NCBI RefSeq assembly: GCF_036971445.1
Contig: NC_091476.1
Location: 72,850,001 to 72,914,000, forward strand
Length of the DNA: 64,000 nucleotides
From: Narcine bancroftii
Taxonomy: Eukaryota
Direction of reading: 5' to 3'
A program made the translations under genes and the position numbers. Below are positions 1 through 13,840 of this stretch, piece after piece. Each line of letters begins with the position of its first letter. Positions within the stretch are counted from its first letter, which is position 1. Under the pieces are notes generated by a model. That model worked only from the letters and a program-made list of their open reading frames with translations, searched no databases and was not told the DNA's origin.

Positions 1-59
1 GCGTCTCAGTACCATTTGAATTGCCCGCCTAATCTCACTGGCTTTATGAATGGAACTGA

Positions 60-237
60 GCGTCCGCCGCATGCCATTGGCCGGCGTATCCCGTCCCGCC
101 CCTCCCTCCCGCGGGACGCCGAGTGCGCCGATTGGGCCGAGCGGGTCGCAGGGAGACGTCAGAACGTTGCCATTGTAGCAATTGAAGAGGGGGGGGGGGG
201 GGGAAAATTGTCAAGGGAGATCCAACAGTGAAGGGAG
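60..237 (+). promoter_or_regulatory. CpG-rich promoter and probable non-coding exon 1 of the H3.3 gene
   Basis: Reverse CCAAT boxes (ATTGG at 76 and 131), GC-box-like CCCGCCCC (~95), CRE-like GACGTCA (156-162), and a donor GAG|GTGAGC at 237/238. H3.3 genes have a non-coding first exon; the link to the exon at 8195 is inferred. Confidence 0.55.
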
Positions 238-1394
238 GTGAGCGGGGGGGATTTAGCCGCCCCGACTTAATTAATTTCTCTTTCAACTGGGGGGGGGCCT
301 GTTTTCATAACTCCTTGTATCTGTGGCTTTTTACCCCCTCTCTGCTCTGAATGGGGGGGGGGGGTTGGTTAATTATTGCGTGAATGTGGACGGACTTGCT
401 ACATTGTTGTTTCTGCGTGTGGTCAAATTGTGTCAAAAATTCGTTACATTCCCTGTGTCTAATTGGCGGTCCGGTCTTTACTGCTATATGCTTTTCTCCC
501 CTCTCTTTTAAAGTGTGGCTCTCCGGTCGGCGGGGGGTGGGAAACAACTGGGCAGGCGAGTTCTTTAAACGCTCCCTAACTGTTTACGTGATGTGGTTCC
601 TCGGCTCTGGGGAGTTTAGATTCGATCACCATTTTGTCCTTTTGTGTGTATGAGAGAGAGAGAATATGTGTGTGTTGTCACCCATAAAACGTGAGAGCCC
701 AGTAAAGAATTTACTCTGGAAGGCGGTATGTTGGCGCTTTTGAAGTCTATACTTTTTTTTGTTTTTTTTTATTTCCCTCCCCTCCCTTCTCTTTCTTTAA
801 ACGCCCGAATTTGGAACCGATTTTTAAAAAACAAACGACTTTCTACAATGTTTGTGTTCTCTTATTCGCTCATCGCCTTAACCGTGGGGGGAGGGCGGGG
901 CGAGGAAGAGGTTGGATACTTTGTAGCAATTTCAGTATCGATCAGAGACTCGTCTTCGTTTTGTTGGAGTATTTTTTAAAACAAAATGTAACAATTATTG
1001 AGTGTTTTAAGCTTCACGCGATGCGTGAGGGCGGGATTTTTCCGCGCCGAATTTAAATTGGAATTTTTTGGAGTTCGGGGAGAGTGTTAAAGAGGATGGA
1101 TTTTCTTCCGGGAGAATTTTGTTTTATCGGGATTTGTTTCTCTTCTCTTTCCTCTCACCCCCCCCCATTAGTAGTGTTGTGCTTCTTGGTGTGTTTGTTG
1201 CTATTAGAGGTGTCCCCACGTGGTGCGTGGAAGACGGCGCGGATTTTGGAAATTGCTATTCCAGGGGAAAGGCTCACATTTCTCAATCATTGAGCCAAGT
1301 TGGTAGGATATTTGGGAACGTCTCTTGAGACAGTGCCGGGGGGGTGCTATTTTGATGAATTGCTATTGAATTTTGCCCCACCCCAACAGTTGCA

Positions 1395-2275
1395 ACACGA
1401 ACAGGATTTCCCCCTGGTCCTCATCTACCACCCCACTCGCCTCTGCATCCAACACATTATCCTGCCACCTACAACATCATCCCACCACCACCACCAGCAC
1501 CCCCCCCATTTCCGCGGGGGCCGCTCCCTCCGTGACTCCCTTCTCTGCTCGTCCCTTCTCCGCCTTCCGCAGGGACCGCTCCCCACTTCTCCGTGGCCCC
1601 CTTCGTCTTCTGCGGGAGTCACTCCCTCCGCGACTTGCTCGTCCACTCCCCCCCTCCACCCTTGGCACCTTCCCCGACGGCTACAGGAAGTGTCGCCCGA
1701 CCCCTCCTCCCTCGCCGCCACCTCCTCCCTCGCCGCCACCCCCTCCCCCCGTTGTCGGAGCGAACTGGGCGCAGATGGGGAGAGCGCCTTCACTCGGCCC
1801 GCACCAGCGACAGGGACCTCCTGGTTGCCAACAACTTTGGTTCTGCATCCCACTCCCGTGCCCATGGCCTCGTGCTAATCCCACCAAGACTGCCCTTAAA
1901 TTGGAGGAGCAGCACCTGAATTTCCGACTGGGCGACATGAACGCCAACTTCCCCGCTTTCTGCTAGGTCCCTCTCCGTTCTCCTCTCCCCTTTGTCTTCT
2001 TTCCTCCAGCTCTCCACCCCTTCCTTTCCATTTACAGAGCCGATTCCCCCCCCCCCCCCGCTTGCAGGTGTGCCCTCCCTACATTATCCACCTGTTTCTT
2101 CCTACCCCTTCCCCCACCCCACTCACCGTTTTGTTCGGGCGCCTGTCAACATTTGATGAAGGGCTCCAGCCCGAAACCTTGGCTATTTATCCTTGCTACA
2201 TAAAGGACGCTGTTTGACCAGCTGAGTTTCTCCAGCACCGTTTTTACTTCATCCGTGGTGTCTGCGGACTTTTGT
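1395..2275 (+). mobile_element. Penelope-like (GIY-YIG) retroelement 3' fragment
   Basis: Degenerate peptides PLVLIYHPTRLCIQHIIL, SAFRRDRS, DLLVANNF and KLEEQHLNFRLGDMN, followed by the tail tttgacc(a)gctgagtttctccagca that is shared by other copies in the window. Confidence 0.7.
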
Positions 2276-2319
2276 CGTTTACATCCAATACTTTTAGGCT
2301 CCCCAAACACTTCGAAAAG

Positions 2320-2650
2320 ATCGGACAGAGTCGATGTGAATAAGGCGTTTCCCTTGGTGGGCGAATCCAGGGCACAGTCTTAGAATGAGAAGGGACCTGT
2401 TTTAAACCGAGATGAGAGATTTCCTTAGCCAGGGGGTTGTGGAGTTGATTGCCACCTACAGTTGTGGAGGTCAGATCATTTTGGGGGGTTAAGGGGGCAA
2501 TTGACAGGTATCTAATTAGTCAAGGGATATGTGGGGGGGGGGGGGAAGGCCGGAAATTGGAACGAGATGTGAGAACGGTTTAGCTCTGGGTGGAGTGGCA
2601 GAGCAGGCTAGATAGGCTGAATGGCCTCATGTTCCTTGATCTTGTGATCT
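2320..2650 (+). mobile_element. CR1-like LINE 3' fragment
   Basis: Typical tail (gggcacagtcttagaat...tttaaaccgagatgag...gacaggtatctaattagtcaaggg...gctgaatggcct); similar copies at ~24900-25245 and ~58260-58720. Confidence 0.6.
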
Positions 2651-3424
2651 TTCGCTTATCTGGTTAGTATCAGTTGTTTTTGTGGTTTTTTTGCTGATAT
2701 TTTAAAATCGGATTTTAATCAATCGTGATTTTCCTTCCTTTTGGCAAGTGATGTTGAGGAAGGGGGAGTCGATTTGGGCAACTGCTCCCCTTCTAGATGT
2801 TGGGAGATGGATTTTGTGGATCGTTGAACTTGCTGAAGGTATATGTGTTTGGCTCTCAAGTGGTCGGTCCTGCCTGGCAGATGTTTCTTGGGTGGTCTGT
2901 CGTGGCAGGAACTGGAGAGGGGGCTGGATTAAATTTGGGTCAGTCGAGTGCAAAGAGAGAATTAACATTGCTTCCACATTAACACCACTGGGTCGTTGAT
3001 GAAATGTTGAGAGGCAGGAACGAGGGAGCCTGTCATTGTTGGAGATCACCAGATTGCGCCCGCTCTAAACTGGAGAATAAAGTCCAGATTTACCACCTTT
3101 TGGCATCATGTTAGATGCAGGTTATACTATTGTCCTGTCATATAGAACCAGAGAACATGACAGCACAGAAAACAAGCCAATTGGCCCTTCTAGTCTGTGC
3201 TGAAACATCATTCCTCTAGTCCCACTGACCTGCACCCACTCCATCATCCTCCAGACCTCTTCTATCCAATTTATTCTTAAAACATCAGATGGCAGCTTGT
3301 TCCACACTCTCTGAGCGAAGATGTTTTCTCCCTAAACCTTCCCCCTTTCACCCTAAAGCCATGTCCTCGTGTATTTATCTTGCCTAATCTAAGCGGAAAG
3401 AGCCGACTCGCATTTACTCTCATT

Positions 3425-4500
3425 GATTGTTCAGGAATCTGGTTGCAGACGGTGAAGAAGCCGTCCTTGTACCGCTGAATGCTCATCTTTAGGCTCCTGG
3501 ACCTTTTTCCAGAAGGTAGCGAGAGTGAAGAGGGCACAGCCTGGGTGGTGGGGTCTTTGAGGAGAGAGGTTGCTTTTTTAAGACACCGCCTCATGTTGAT
3601 GTCCTTGATGGAGGGAAGTCTGGTGCCTGTGATGTCGCAGGTCGAGTTAACCACCCTCTAGAGTTTATTCTTGTCCAGAGAGTTGGCACCTCCGTACCAG
3701 GCAGTGAAGCAACCGGGCAACATGCTCTCCACTGTACACCTGTAGAAGTTGTCAAGAGTCTTCAGTGATGTACTGAATCTCCTCAGATACCTCACAAAGT
3801 ATAGCTGCTGGCAAGCCTTCTTTTTGATTGCACCCAGGAGGCTCCAGACAGATCCTCTGAGTCGTTGACCCCCCCCAGGAAATTGAAGTTCTTGACCCTC
3901 TCCACTATTGAGCCCTCGATGAGGACTGGATCGCGTTCCCCTGACTCCCTCCTGAAGTCCACAATCACATCCTTGGTTTTGCTGACGTTAAGCGCAAGGT
4001 CGTTGTCGTGACCCCTTTCAACGAGCTGATCTATCTCTCTCTCTCTTGTGCTCTTCCTCGTTGCTGTTTGTGATTCTGGCGACAACTGCGGTGTCATCGG
4101 CAAACTTGTAGATGGCATTGGAATTGTGCCTGGCCACACAGTCATGGGTGTATAGTGAGTAGAGCAGTGGGCTGAGCACGAATCCTTGGGATGCACTAGT
4201 GTTGATGATCAATGAGGAGACGTTGATTCCAATTCATGCTGACTGTGGTCGTCGGATGAGACAGTCAAGGATCCTGTTGCCGGTGGTGGGTGGGGTCGGG
4301 GTACAGAGGCCTAGAGTTGTAGCTTCTTGACTAGCCCTGAGGGAGTAATGGTGTTGAAGGTCGAGCTGTAGTCGATGAAGAGCAGCCATATGTTTGAGTT
4401 GCTGTTTTTGAGGTGTACTAGAGCGGAGTGGAGAGCCAGCCATATTGCCCCTGCTGTGGAGCGATTGTGAAAATAGGCGAACTACAGTGGGTCTAGACCT
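3425..4500 (-). mobile_element. Rex/Babar-like (L2/CR1 group) LINE RT fragment
   Basis: Minus-strand peptides SQGFVLSPLLYSLYTHDC...IYKFADDTAVV, LNVSKTKDVIVDFRR and LPSGKRSRSL, broken by frameshifts. Confidence 0.75.
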
Positions 4501-6679
4501 TTGCTTAGGTACGTGTTATGCCGTAGGGGCTCTTTGGTTAGTGAGGGGAGAAAAAAGGTTGAGAACCACTGCTATAAACGCGGTGTGACCTTGTATCCAC
4601 AATCTCCCTCCAAACCTTTCCTTCCAGCCCCAATGGGGATTGGTCGATGCCGGATAAGTGTATTTTCCAGTTGCTTGAGATTGCACGTTGCATGATCAGT
4701 GCACCAACAGCAAGACGCCCAATTTTAACTTCCGGATTTTTAAATCTATTTCTGCATTGTTTTTTTTTTTGGCTGTTTGCCAGTTGCTTGATTTCTGAAC
4801 AACCAGGGACTTTACTGTTCATCGCATTTTACATGACAATAATAAAAGGAAACTTTGAACAATATCATGGAGGCAAAGAGGCTAGGACAGTGGTTTCGCC
4901 CCCCCCCCCCCACCACCGACTCGTATACCACTTGAAGTGATCCCCTGCTAAGCACAGAGCACCGATGCCAGAGGGTCTCTGAGTGGGGGGAAGGGCTGCA
5001 GACGCTCTGTGCCCTGTTGAGGTGCCACTCGTACAACTTGTGGCTTTCTCCGCACCGCGGCTCGTGGTGATCTTGGCTCACTGAAGCTGGGTAGTGGTGG
5101 TATTAAATCTGCCAGTTTCAGCCTGCGAGATGTTGACGGTGCCTGTCACAGGACCATGTGGTTTTGCATCTCTTCTCAGTAGTGGCCAATCACCGCTCAT
5201 TGTGCTGTCTGCTTTGGGCAGTTGGACATGGGCTTAGGGTGAGGCCCAACCTCTGACTGGGCGCCTTTACAGCGCCGGGACCAGGGTCCGAATCTTGCAC
5301 TGTCTGTGAGGATTTTGTATGTTCTTCCTGTGTCTGTGTGGGATTTCCTCGGGGGCTCTGGTTATGTCCCACACTTTGAAGCATACGGGAGGGAGGGTTA
5401 ATTGGGTGGCACAGGCTCGTGGGCTAAAAGGGCCCGTTACCATGCTGAAGGTCTACATTTAAAAAAAAATTTGATCTTTTGTTTTTATCTGCTTGAAAAC
5501 ATTGCTTTGGAGTAAGTTTGGGGAGCACCTGACGAGGATCTTTGGGTCAAAAATGTTTTCCTTTTTAATTTTTAAAAATATTTATATATAGATGTACAGC
5601 ATGGTAACGAGCCCTTCCGGCCCATGAGCCTATGCCCCAATTAACCTGCAACCCTCTCTTTGGTACAACATTGGAAACACTGGCAAATTTCAACGTGTGC
5701 GGTGGAAAGTGTGCTGACTGGCTGTGTCACGGTCTGGTGCGGGGGACACCAATACCCTTGAGCATAAAGACCTGCAAAAGGTAGTGGGCACAGCCCAGGA
5801 CATCACAGGCAAAATACCCCCCTCCCCCACCTTCAAGAACATCTACAGGGAGTGCTGCCGTCAGGAAAGAGGTGCGGATGCCACAAGACTCGCACCACCA
5901 GGTTCAGGAACAGCTGCTTCCCCTCCAACATCAGACTCCTCTACAACAAACTCCATCAGGGACTCGTTTAAGGACTCTACTGGTTTTCTCTTTGTTCTCT
6001 CTGCATTGCGCAGTCAGTTTGTTTACATGTCTTTACTTGTGTATTGTTAATAAGTGTAATTCTGCCTGGCCCACAGGAAAAAGAATCTCGGGGTTGTATG
6101 TGATGTCATGGACTAAATTTTAAAATGATTTTAAATTGAGACATACAGCACAGTAACAGGCCCTTTTGGCTCATGAGCCCATGCCACCCAATTTAACCTA
6201 CACCCCACCCTGGTATGTTTTGAATGGTGGGAGGAAACCAGAACCACGCAGACACAAGGGGGGGCGTAGAACTCCTTACAGACAGTGCATGATTCGAACC
6301 CAGGTCGCTGGCGCTGTAACAGCATTTTGACCGTTGGGAATGATGGCTTGACTACCATTTGTTTATGGCCTCAATGGTGTGTCCCCATTGATGGGGCAAT
6401 CCCTCATGCAGCTGGCATTGCAGTGTGACCACGTGAGGGAGATAGGCTGGGATCAGAGTGATATATGTAATAGTCAAATTTTTTTCGTCCCATTTTTTGG
6501 GTCAAATTTGAGAGGGTCGACTTTGACATGGGCCGTACTTTTGGCAGTGATGACGGCACTTCCCATGCCTTTCCCTCTTGGAGCTCGTTCTCAGCACCCC
6601 TTCACTGCAAGCCAGCTCCTCCCATGTTAATGGGGTGGGGGGCAACGCCGGCTTTCCCTGAGCCCCCTGTGCAGAGCAT

Positions 6680-6800
6680 CCTCCGCTTTTGGGTCCTACC
6701 GTGGGCTGCACAAGATGGCTGCCTTCCGTTGGGCATTCTGGCAACGTGTCCTGCCCAGCACAGTTGTAGTTGGGCCTGGTAAGAGGGAGCCTCAGTCAAC
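6680..6800 (-). mobile_element. RTE-clade LINE fragment
   Basis: QLQLCWAGHVARMPNGRQP...GRTQKRR resembles the RTE C-terminal LRWAGHVARM motif. Confidence 0.5.
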
Positions 6801-7459
6801 TGGAAATCTGCGATTTTCCCTATAGATGCTGGTGGGGAGGGGAGGTTTTAACTGTGTATGTCATTCAATTCTTCATCTGGTAATGACGTGGTCAGATTAA
6901 CCTGCCTTTATCTTGAACAATTTGATGTGCTCTGCATTTGCAAGGAGAAGTGATTCTCACAAAAGAACATCGAATGGCTCTCAAAGTTTTTTTTGTGCAT
7001 TGGCCACTGGAGCGAGGTTATTTCCAGTGCCTCCTACCAGTCACTGCCTGCTGGAGCCCACGGGTCGGCACCCACCTGCTGCGCTGGCCCGCGACTCCGG
7101 GCACAGGCCAAAGTTCTTCCCCACTTGCAAGGAGATCGGGTAGCCCTTGGGCGCGACTCTTGCTAAGCGAATTCGATAAGTCGGACGGTCAGGTGGTAGA
7201 ATCAAGCCTCGGCCACCAGCATGCAGCGGGGAGACTGTCGGAGGGGCCTGTCCCTGGGGCGAGTGGCTCCGTGGGGGAATCTCCTACTGGAGCTGAGCAA
7301 ATTTCAGGTTTGTTGTCAGGGCGCACGCACACCACCGCATACAACACTGAGATTCTTTCTCCTGTGGGTACAGCCAAATTACCACTTGTCAGCAGTGCAA
7401 AGAAAACTGACTCAACATGCTCATAGAGAGAATCAATCAAGTGCACATGTCAGAATCCT

Positions 7460-8010
7460 TGGATGAGTTTCCAGTTGAGTTTGTCGTTGAGGAGTCTGAT
7501 GTTGGAGGGGTAGCAGCTGTTCCTAAACCTGGTGGTGCGAGTCTTGTGGCACCTGGACCTCTCCCCTGGTGGCAGCAGTGAGAACAGAGTGAGCACTGGG
7601 TCGTGTGGATCCTTGATGATTGCTGCTACTCTCTGATAGCAGCGTCCCCTGAGAATGTTCACGATGGTGGGGAGAGTTTTGCCTGTGATGTCCACTACCT
7701 TTTGCAGGGCTTGACGCTGAGGGTATTGGTGTCCCCATACCAGACCATGTTGCAGCCAGCATACTTTCCACCACACATCTAGAAATTTGCCAGAATCTTC
7801 TGGCCCCTCAACCACTTTCCTGATGGCAGCAGTGAGAACAGAGTGTGTGCCAGGTAGTGTGGATCCTTGATGATTGCTGCTGCTCTCCGATAGCAGCGTT
7901 CCCAGTAGATGTACTCAATAGTGGGGAGGGTTTTGCTTATGATGTCCTGGGCTGCGTCCATGAACTTTTGCAGGGCTTTTCGCTCAGGGGTATTGGTGTC
8001 CCCGACCCAG
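7460..8010 (-). mobile_element. Two adjacent 3' fragments of a Rex/Babar-like LINE
   Basis: AAAIIKDPH...LFSLLP(S/P)G occurs twice in tandem (7505-7800, 7815-8005); related copies at 5690-6110, 42030-42600 and 51860-52800. Confidence 0.65.
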
Positions 8011-8214
8011 ACCTACTTATTTTTGTAAGATGCTTTACATAGATAATTCCTCAAAACAATGAATTTCCTGATTTGCTCGTGACAATAAATTCCGAATCTG
8101 AATTCCAGGCGATGCGAGACTGGCTGAATTTCTCCACCGTTTCTCTGTTTTTTTTAATGATGATACACTGGTTCTTTATCCCGCCTGTCCTTAGGAAAGT
8201 GTGCATTGCACTGA

Positions 8215-8352
<138 letters not shown>

Positions 8353-8419
8353 TAAGTTTCATCCTGGGCAGTGATCGGAGGGGGGGGGAACCAGTCAGGT
8401 ATATTGTCACCAGATCATT

Positions 8420-9320
8420 CAAATCCAATGAAACAGCGTTCTCCGGACCTCAGTGTAAAAACACGCAGACGCACAACCAGATATGACAAATGTACAGACA
8501 ACATGTGCAGGACAAGTATTTCACCTATAAAGATAATATGGTTTCATGAATAGGGGAGTCTCAGGGTGGTTCGTGTGAGCAGTTGCTTTGGTCGTTCAGC
8601 GTTCTCACTGTCTGGGGAAAGCCTTGTGGTGCTGGCTTTGATCCTCCTGTATCTCTTCCCCCTGACGGGAGCTGCTGAAAGACACTGTGTATGGGGTGGA
8701 AGAGGGTCCTTTTGTGTGCCCTCTTCAGATAATGATCCTGGTAGATCGCGTCGATGGGGGAAGGAAGACCCCAGTGATCCTCTCTACCACTCTTATGGTC
8801 CCATGGATTGACCTAAACATAACAATAACAATTACAGCATGGAAAAAGGCCATTAGGCCCTTCTAGTCCAATCCATTTCTCTGCAGCGACTGTCCCCACT
8901 GTGATGCAGCCGGCCAGGATGCTCTGGATAGAGCTCCTGCAGAAGGTTGACCTGATGGTGGCCGGTTACCTCGCTTGACTCAGTCTTCTCAGGAAGTGCA
9001 GTCACTATTGAGGAGATGTTGAGGGTACACGATAGGTCACTGGTTCAGTGAACTCCAAGGAACTTGGTGTCTCCATTCTCTCCACCACAGAGTTGTTGAT
9101 GTGTAGTGGAGGGAGATCATTCTTGGTCCTCCTGACGTCCACGATCATCTTCATTTGGACAACGTTGAGACTCTCGCACCACATCGAGAGATTTTCCACC
9201 TCCTCTCCGCAGTGCGACTTGTTGTCACTCCTGACGAAGCTAATGACGGTTGTGCCGTCTGCAAACCCGATGACTCTGTTGGAGCTGGACTTGGCGACGC
9301 AGTTGTGGGGTCAGGAGCAA
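8420..9320 (-). mobile_element. Rex/Babar-like LINE fragment in the H3.3 intron; related copy at ~37030-37800
   Basis: FADGTTV and KMIVDVRR...PPLHINNSVVERMET motifs; clear nucleotide similarity with 37030-37800. Confidence 0.6.
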
Positions 9321-9491
9321 GCCAGGCATGCTGAGGTGCGCCAGTGCTCAAATGAGCAACAAAAGCACCGGCCCCACTCCACGCTGTCCCTGGGTAACGG
9401 AAAGGGATATCACCAAACCCCTCATTTGTTGGTCACTAAAACAGAGAGCTACAAGGTTAACAAATGGATGAGTTTATTATGTACGCAAATA

Positions 9492-10190
9492 CAGTAGAAT
9501 ATGTGGCACCTATGGTGATTGTGGAGGTCGGATACGCATATGTTCTAGTTAACTGAGACTCACTCTTGCAATGCTAACTAATACACCTGCATTAAAAATA
9601 CATCGTTCGAACGACAAAAGACAGGGTAAAATAATTTGCAAACTCATTATTGTAGTAGTTAATTAAGTGAAGTTCACTTTAATCAGGTAATTCCTGTAAC
9701 TTACAAAATTTAAATTCGAGCCCCAGTTGCTAGTGCTGTTACAGCGTTGCACTAACCGCTACGGTAACCACACTACCATCTTAATGAGCTCGCCCTTCAC
9801 CAAGTTTCCAGATGGATCCTTACTAATAAAGACTCTTACTCAGCAGAGATGGGGAGACACTTGGGGAGAGTCGCCCCCAGCGGTGAGCGGCACCGGCCGG
9901 CTCTTTGTCCCGGGCGCTGCCGTCTCATCGAAACTTTCTCCCCCTTCCTCGCACTAGTGACAGGCCAGCTCATTTCCAATGCCAATGCCCCCAGTCGGGC
10001 CCTCGGCACACCTTCCTCGGGCTGGCGGCCCCTCCCCCCCGGCTTGCCTCCACGCAAGTGGTGCTGGTGAAAGGAATGGGGGGCGCGCTGAGGGGCACTG
10101 CCCGGTTCAGTGGGGCAGACTTGCGCGAGTCCATCGAAGGCTCGGCACTCCCCCCAGTACAACTGCCGTCGGCTCTGCGCGGGTTTTAAA
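9492..10190. mobile_element. Non-autonomous Tc1/mariner-type element (one terminus visible)
   Basis: TA+CAGTAGAAT terminus and internal blocks (ttaaattcga.ccccag, gactcttact, gagtcgcccc) shared with 59960-60509 and 62511-63382. Confidence 0.5.
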
Positions 10191-11570
10191 CGGCCTGCGA
10201 AAGGAGCCCATAAAATTAAAAACCTTTATAGGGTAATTTGGAATTGAAATACTATGAGGTCACTCCACTGAAGGATGGATAAATATTCAGTTGCAATTAA
10301 TGCAAGAAAGTTAGTGATGTTTCAATAGTGCAGACAGATTTTGAGTGATCAGGTAGGATAGACAGGATATTTCTGTGGGATATCTGGCATGTTACTTCAA
10401 GACCAGAGTTTCACAGGGGCAGGGGTCCTTTTGTATGTTCAGATGAGATGGTTTGGAGGGCAAATTGGGGTGAGCTGACTCAAAATTCAAGAATGGGGAG
10501 ATGGTGCTGGGGTCAGTATAAAACGCCAGTTTTGGCCACAGCACTGGCTATAGGTTTGGCCCTTGCACCAGCAGGAAGGTGTGTCGGCACTGCGCAGGAG
10601 ATGCACGGATGATTATGTTGTCGGTGCTGGATGGTCGTGGTGGTGGACGATTGCTTTCCAGGCCGGAGGCCTGCAGCTAGTGCCTCAGGGGTCAGTGCTG
10701 GGACCGTTGTTGTTTATGATTCCAGGCCACTGGTGACCGTGCGGTAAATTGGGTCAGCAAGCCTTAGCTCAAAGATTGGGAGGTGTTGTGGACAGCAAGG
10801 GAGGCTTTCGACGCTGGCAGAGTAATCTGGAGCAGCTGGGAAAAGGGGGCTGAGAAATGGCAGATGCAGACAAGTCTGAAATGTTTTTGGAAGGACAGAC
10901 CAAGAAAGGTCGGCCACTGATGGAGTGCGGTAGAACAGAGGGATCTAGGAGTACAGATACATAATTCCCTGAAAGTGGCGTTTCAGATAAGACGGGGTTG
11001 TAGACAGAGCTTTTCGTATCTTGGCCTTCAGAAATCAATATTGAGTATTGGAACTGGAACGTTACAGTAAAGCTGTATAAGATATTGGTGAGGCCAAATT
11101 TCTTACGGTGGCAAGATTGGTGCTGTCTGCGAGGAGTTTGTTCGTCCTCCCCAGGTCTGCATGGGTTTTCCCGGGGGGCTCTGGTTTCCTCCCACCCTTC
11201 GAGACATACCAGAGGAGGGTTCTAGGTCAATTGGGTGTAATGGGGCGGCACGGACCTGTGGGCCGGAAGGGCCTGTCACCATGCTGTTGAGATTCAGGAT
11301 TCCAGTTTCAATTTATCGCCACAATATTGCGCAAAATTTGTTTTTGTCTGACTCGAAATTGCCTAAAGCGCCTCTTAGAGTCAGAAGCGAAAGAGAGTCC
11401 CCTCGGAGTAGTGGAGTGTCCGTGGACTTGCCACCAGTGCTCCCGTGGGCACACAGTCTGGTCCGAACCTTCAGCCACCTGAATCTGCCTGTACGTGTCT
11501 GATCAGATGGTGATAAACCTGAACGGGACGGTCAGGCAGGGGATCCCGCGGGCGGACGCAATGGTTTTGA

Positions 11571-11786
<216 letters not shown>

Positions 11787-12892
11787 TAACTCGTCCTCGG
11801 GCAGGCCACTCGCCTCTCCCCCCCCACCCCACCCCCCAGTTGGCTCAGAGGGGGGGGAGGGTCACTGCGAAGTGTCCACGTATCGTCCCAACATTAGGAC
11901 TTTTATTCTCTGTAGCGTAGAAAGAGTGAGGGGAGGTTTGATAGAGGTATTCAAGATTACAAGTCTGCAGACACCGTGTTGAAGTAAAAACACAATGCTG
12001 GAGAAAATCGGTAGGTCAGACGGTGTCATTTATATGGCAAAGATAAAGATACAGAACCAACATTTCAGGCTTGAGCCCTTCGTCAAGGTGGGGGGGAGGG
12101 CGGGGAGGAGCCTGGTCCCACAGGAAGGAGGGAGGGAGGGCACAACAGCAAACAGGAGTGGGTATGGAGAGGGAGGGAGAACGGGGAGTGGGCTAGCAGG
12201 AACTGGAGAAGTCAGCGTTAATGCCGGCCGATCGCAGAGCACCCAAGCGGAAAATCTGGTGGTGCTCCTCCAGCTCATTGGGGGGGCCTTGGTTCAACAA
12301 TGCACGAGGCCATGAGCAGGAAAGCTGGCGCGGGAGTGAGGCGCGGAGTTAAAGTGGATGTCCCCGCCATTTCCCGGTCTGCGTCCGGTCTCTCCGGTGT
12401 AGAGAAGGCCCACAGCGGGGGGAGGGGAAGCACTGAGGGAGTGCAGCATAGGTTCACAGAGTTTATTCCCAGCATGGTGGGAGTGTTGTGCATTGAAAGA
12501 ATAGCTGGGGGGGAGTCACGTGATGGAGTAGTGGCCGGACGATGAACTCCAGCCCTCTCCAGAAAAGTCGGAAAAAACAAAGGAAAATACAAAGGCACAA
12601 AATAAAAATTAAAGAAAAGTGAGTATAAAGGTGGAAAGAAGATGGCGACGAAAAAATTAAAATCGAAATCAATGGTAAGAAGAGAGGAAGAGAAGACAAC
12701 GGAAGAAGAAGGAGAAGGCCTTACCTGTTCGAAGAGGCCCGCGGTGGAGAGAGAAACCCGCTCCCTCAGGTCGGTAGAAAGTGGACTACAAAAATGGCTC
12801 GCTGAGCCGAGTAAAAGTGCGCAACCGCGCATGCAAAAAAACACACCGACGGGAGGGGTGACCAGCTGGGGAGTCGATCTCCACAGCCGGCA

Positions 12893-13840
12893 ATGACAGC
12901 TGCAGAACACCTGCAGCAAGAGGAGAACATAGAAGACAACGAAAACAAGAAAGAAGAGAAGAAAAGGGCAACAAAGAAACAACAGATGGCCAACCCAGAG
13001 GAAGAGGAAGAGTACAGTGAAATAGAAGAAGAAGGGAAAGGCAAGGTAAAGGATATACTTTCTCTTATTAAAGAATACATGGAGTCATTTAAAGAATGGC
13101 AAGCGCAAGAATTTAATGATTTAAGAAGAATAAACAACACAGAAGAGAAAATGAATAAAATAGATATGACCTTAACAGAAATGGGAAAGAAAATGGACAA
13201 GATGGAAGAGTGGGAAACAGCAGCAGAAATGGAGGTAGAGGACTTAAAAAAGAAATTAGAGGAATCTAATAAAAAAGTTATAGAGACACAAGAACTGTTA
13301 GCTCAGAAAATAGATATAATGGAAAATTATAACAGAAGAAATAACATAAAGATAGTGGGCCTTAAAGAAGATGAAGAAGGCAAGAATATGAGAGAGTTTA
13401 TAAAAGATTGGATCCCCAGGATCCTAGGATGTCCAGAACTACAGCAAGAAATGGAAATAGAAAGGGCACATAGAGCATTGGCCTTTAAACCACAACAAAA
13501 ACCAAGATCTATTTTAGTAAAATTCCTAAGATATACTACAAGAGAAAAGGTACTGGAGAAGACAATGGAAAAAGTAAGAGAGGGCAACAAACCACTGGAG
13601 TACAAAGGGCAAAAAATTTTCATTTATCCAGATATAAGTTTTGAACTCCTGAAGAAGAGAAAGGAGTTCAATACAGCAAAGGCGATTTTATGGAAGAAAG
13701 GGTATAAATTTATACTAAAGCATCCAGCGGTATTGAAAATATTTATTCCAGGACAACAAAACAGACTATTCTCGGATCCAGAGGAAGCACGAAAATTCGC
13801 AGAACAATTACAAAATAGACTGAGGGATGAAGACGTGTAA
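12893..13840 (+). CDS. L1 ORF1p (coiled coil + RRM + CTD, Transposase_22-like)
   Basis: Open 315-aa ORF with ENYNRRNNIKIVGLKE, EIERAHRAL, PRSILVKFLRY and IFIYPDIS motifs. The true start may be the ATG at ~12987 (MANPEEEEE). Confidence 0.9.
   Translation: MTAAEHLQQEENIEDNENKKEEKKRATKKQQMANPEEEEEYSEIEEEGKGKVKDILSLIKEYMESFKEWQAQEFNDLRRINNTEEKMNKIDMTLTEMGKKMDKMEEWETAAEMEVEDLKKKLEESNKKVIETQELLAQKIDIMENYNRRNNIKIVGLKEDEEGKNMREFIKDWIPRILGCPELQQEMEIERAHRALAFKPQQKPRSILVKFLRYTTREKVLEKTMEKVREGNKPLEYKGQKIFIYPDISFELLKKRKEFNTAKAILWKKGYKFILKHPAVLKIFIPGQQNRLFSDPEEARKFAEQLQNRLRDEDV

Noticed and set aside
12275-12982. 235-aa antisense ORF over the L1 5'UTR (ORF0-like)
   Set aside because: No ATG start; its F/L/S-rich composition is the mirror of an A-rich sense strand, and it runs out of the element into flanking repeat.
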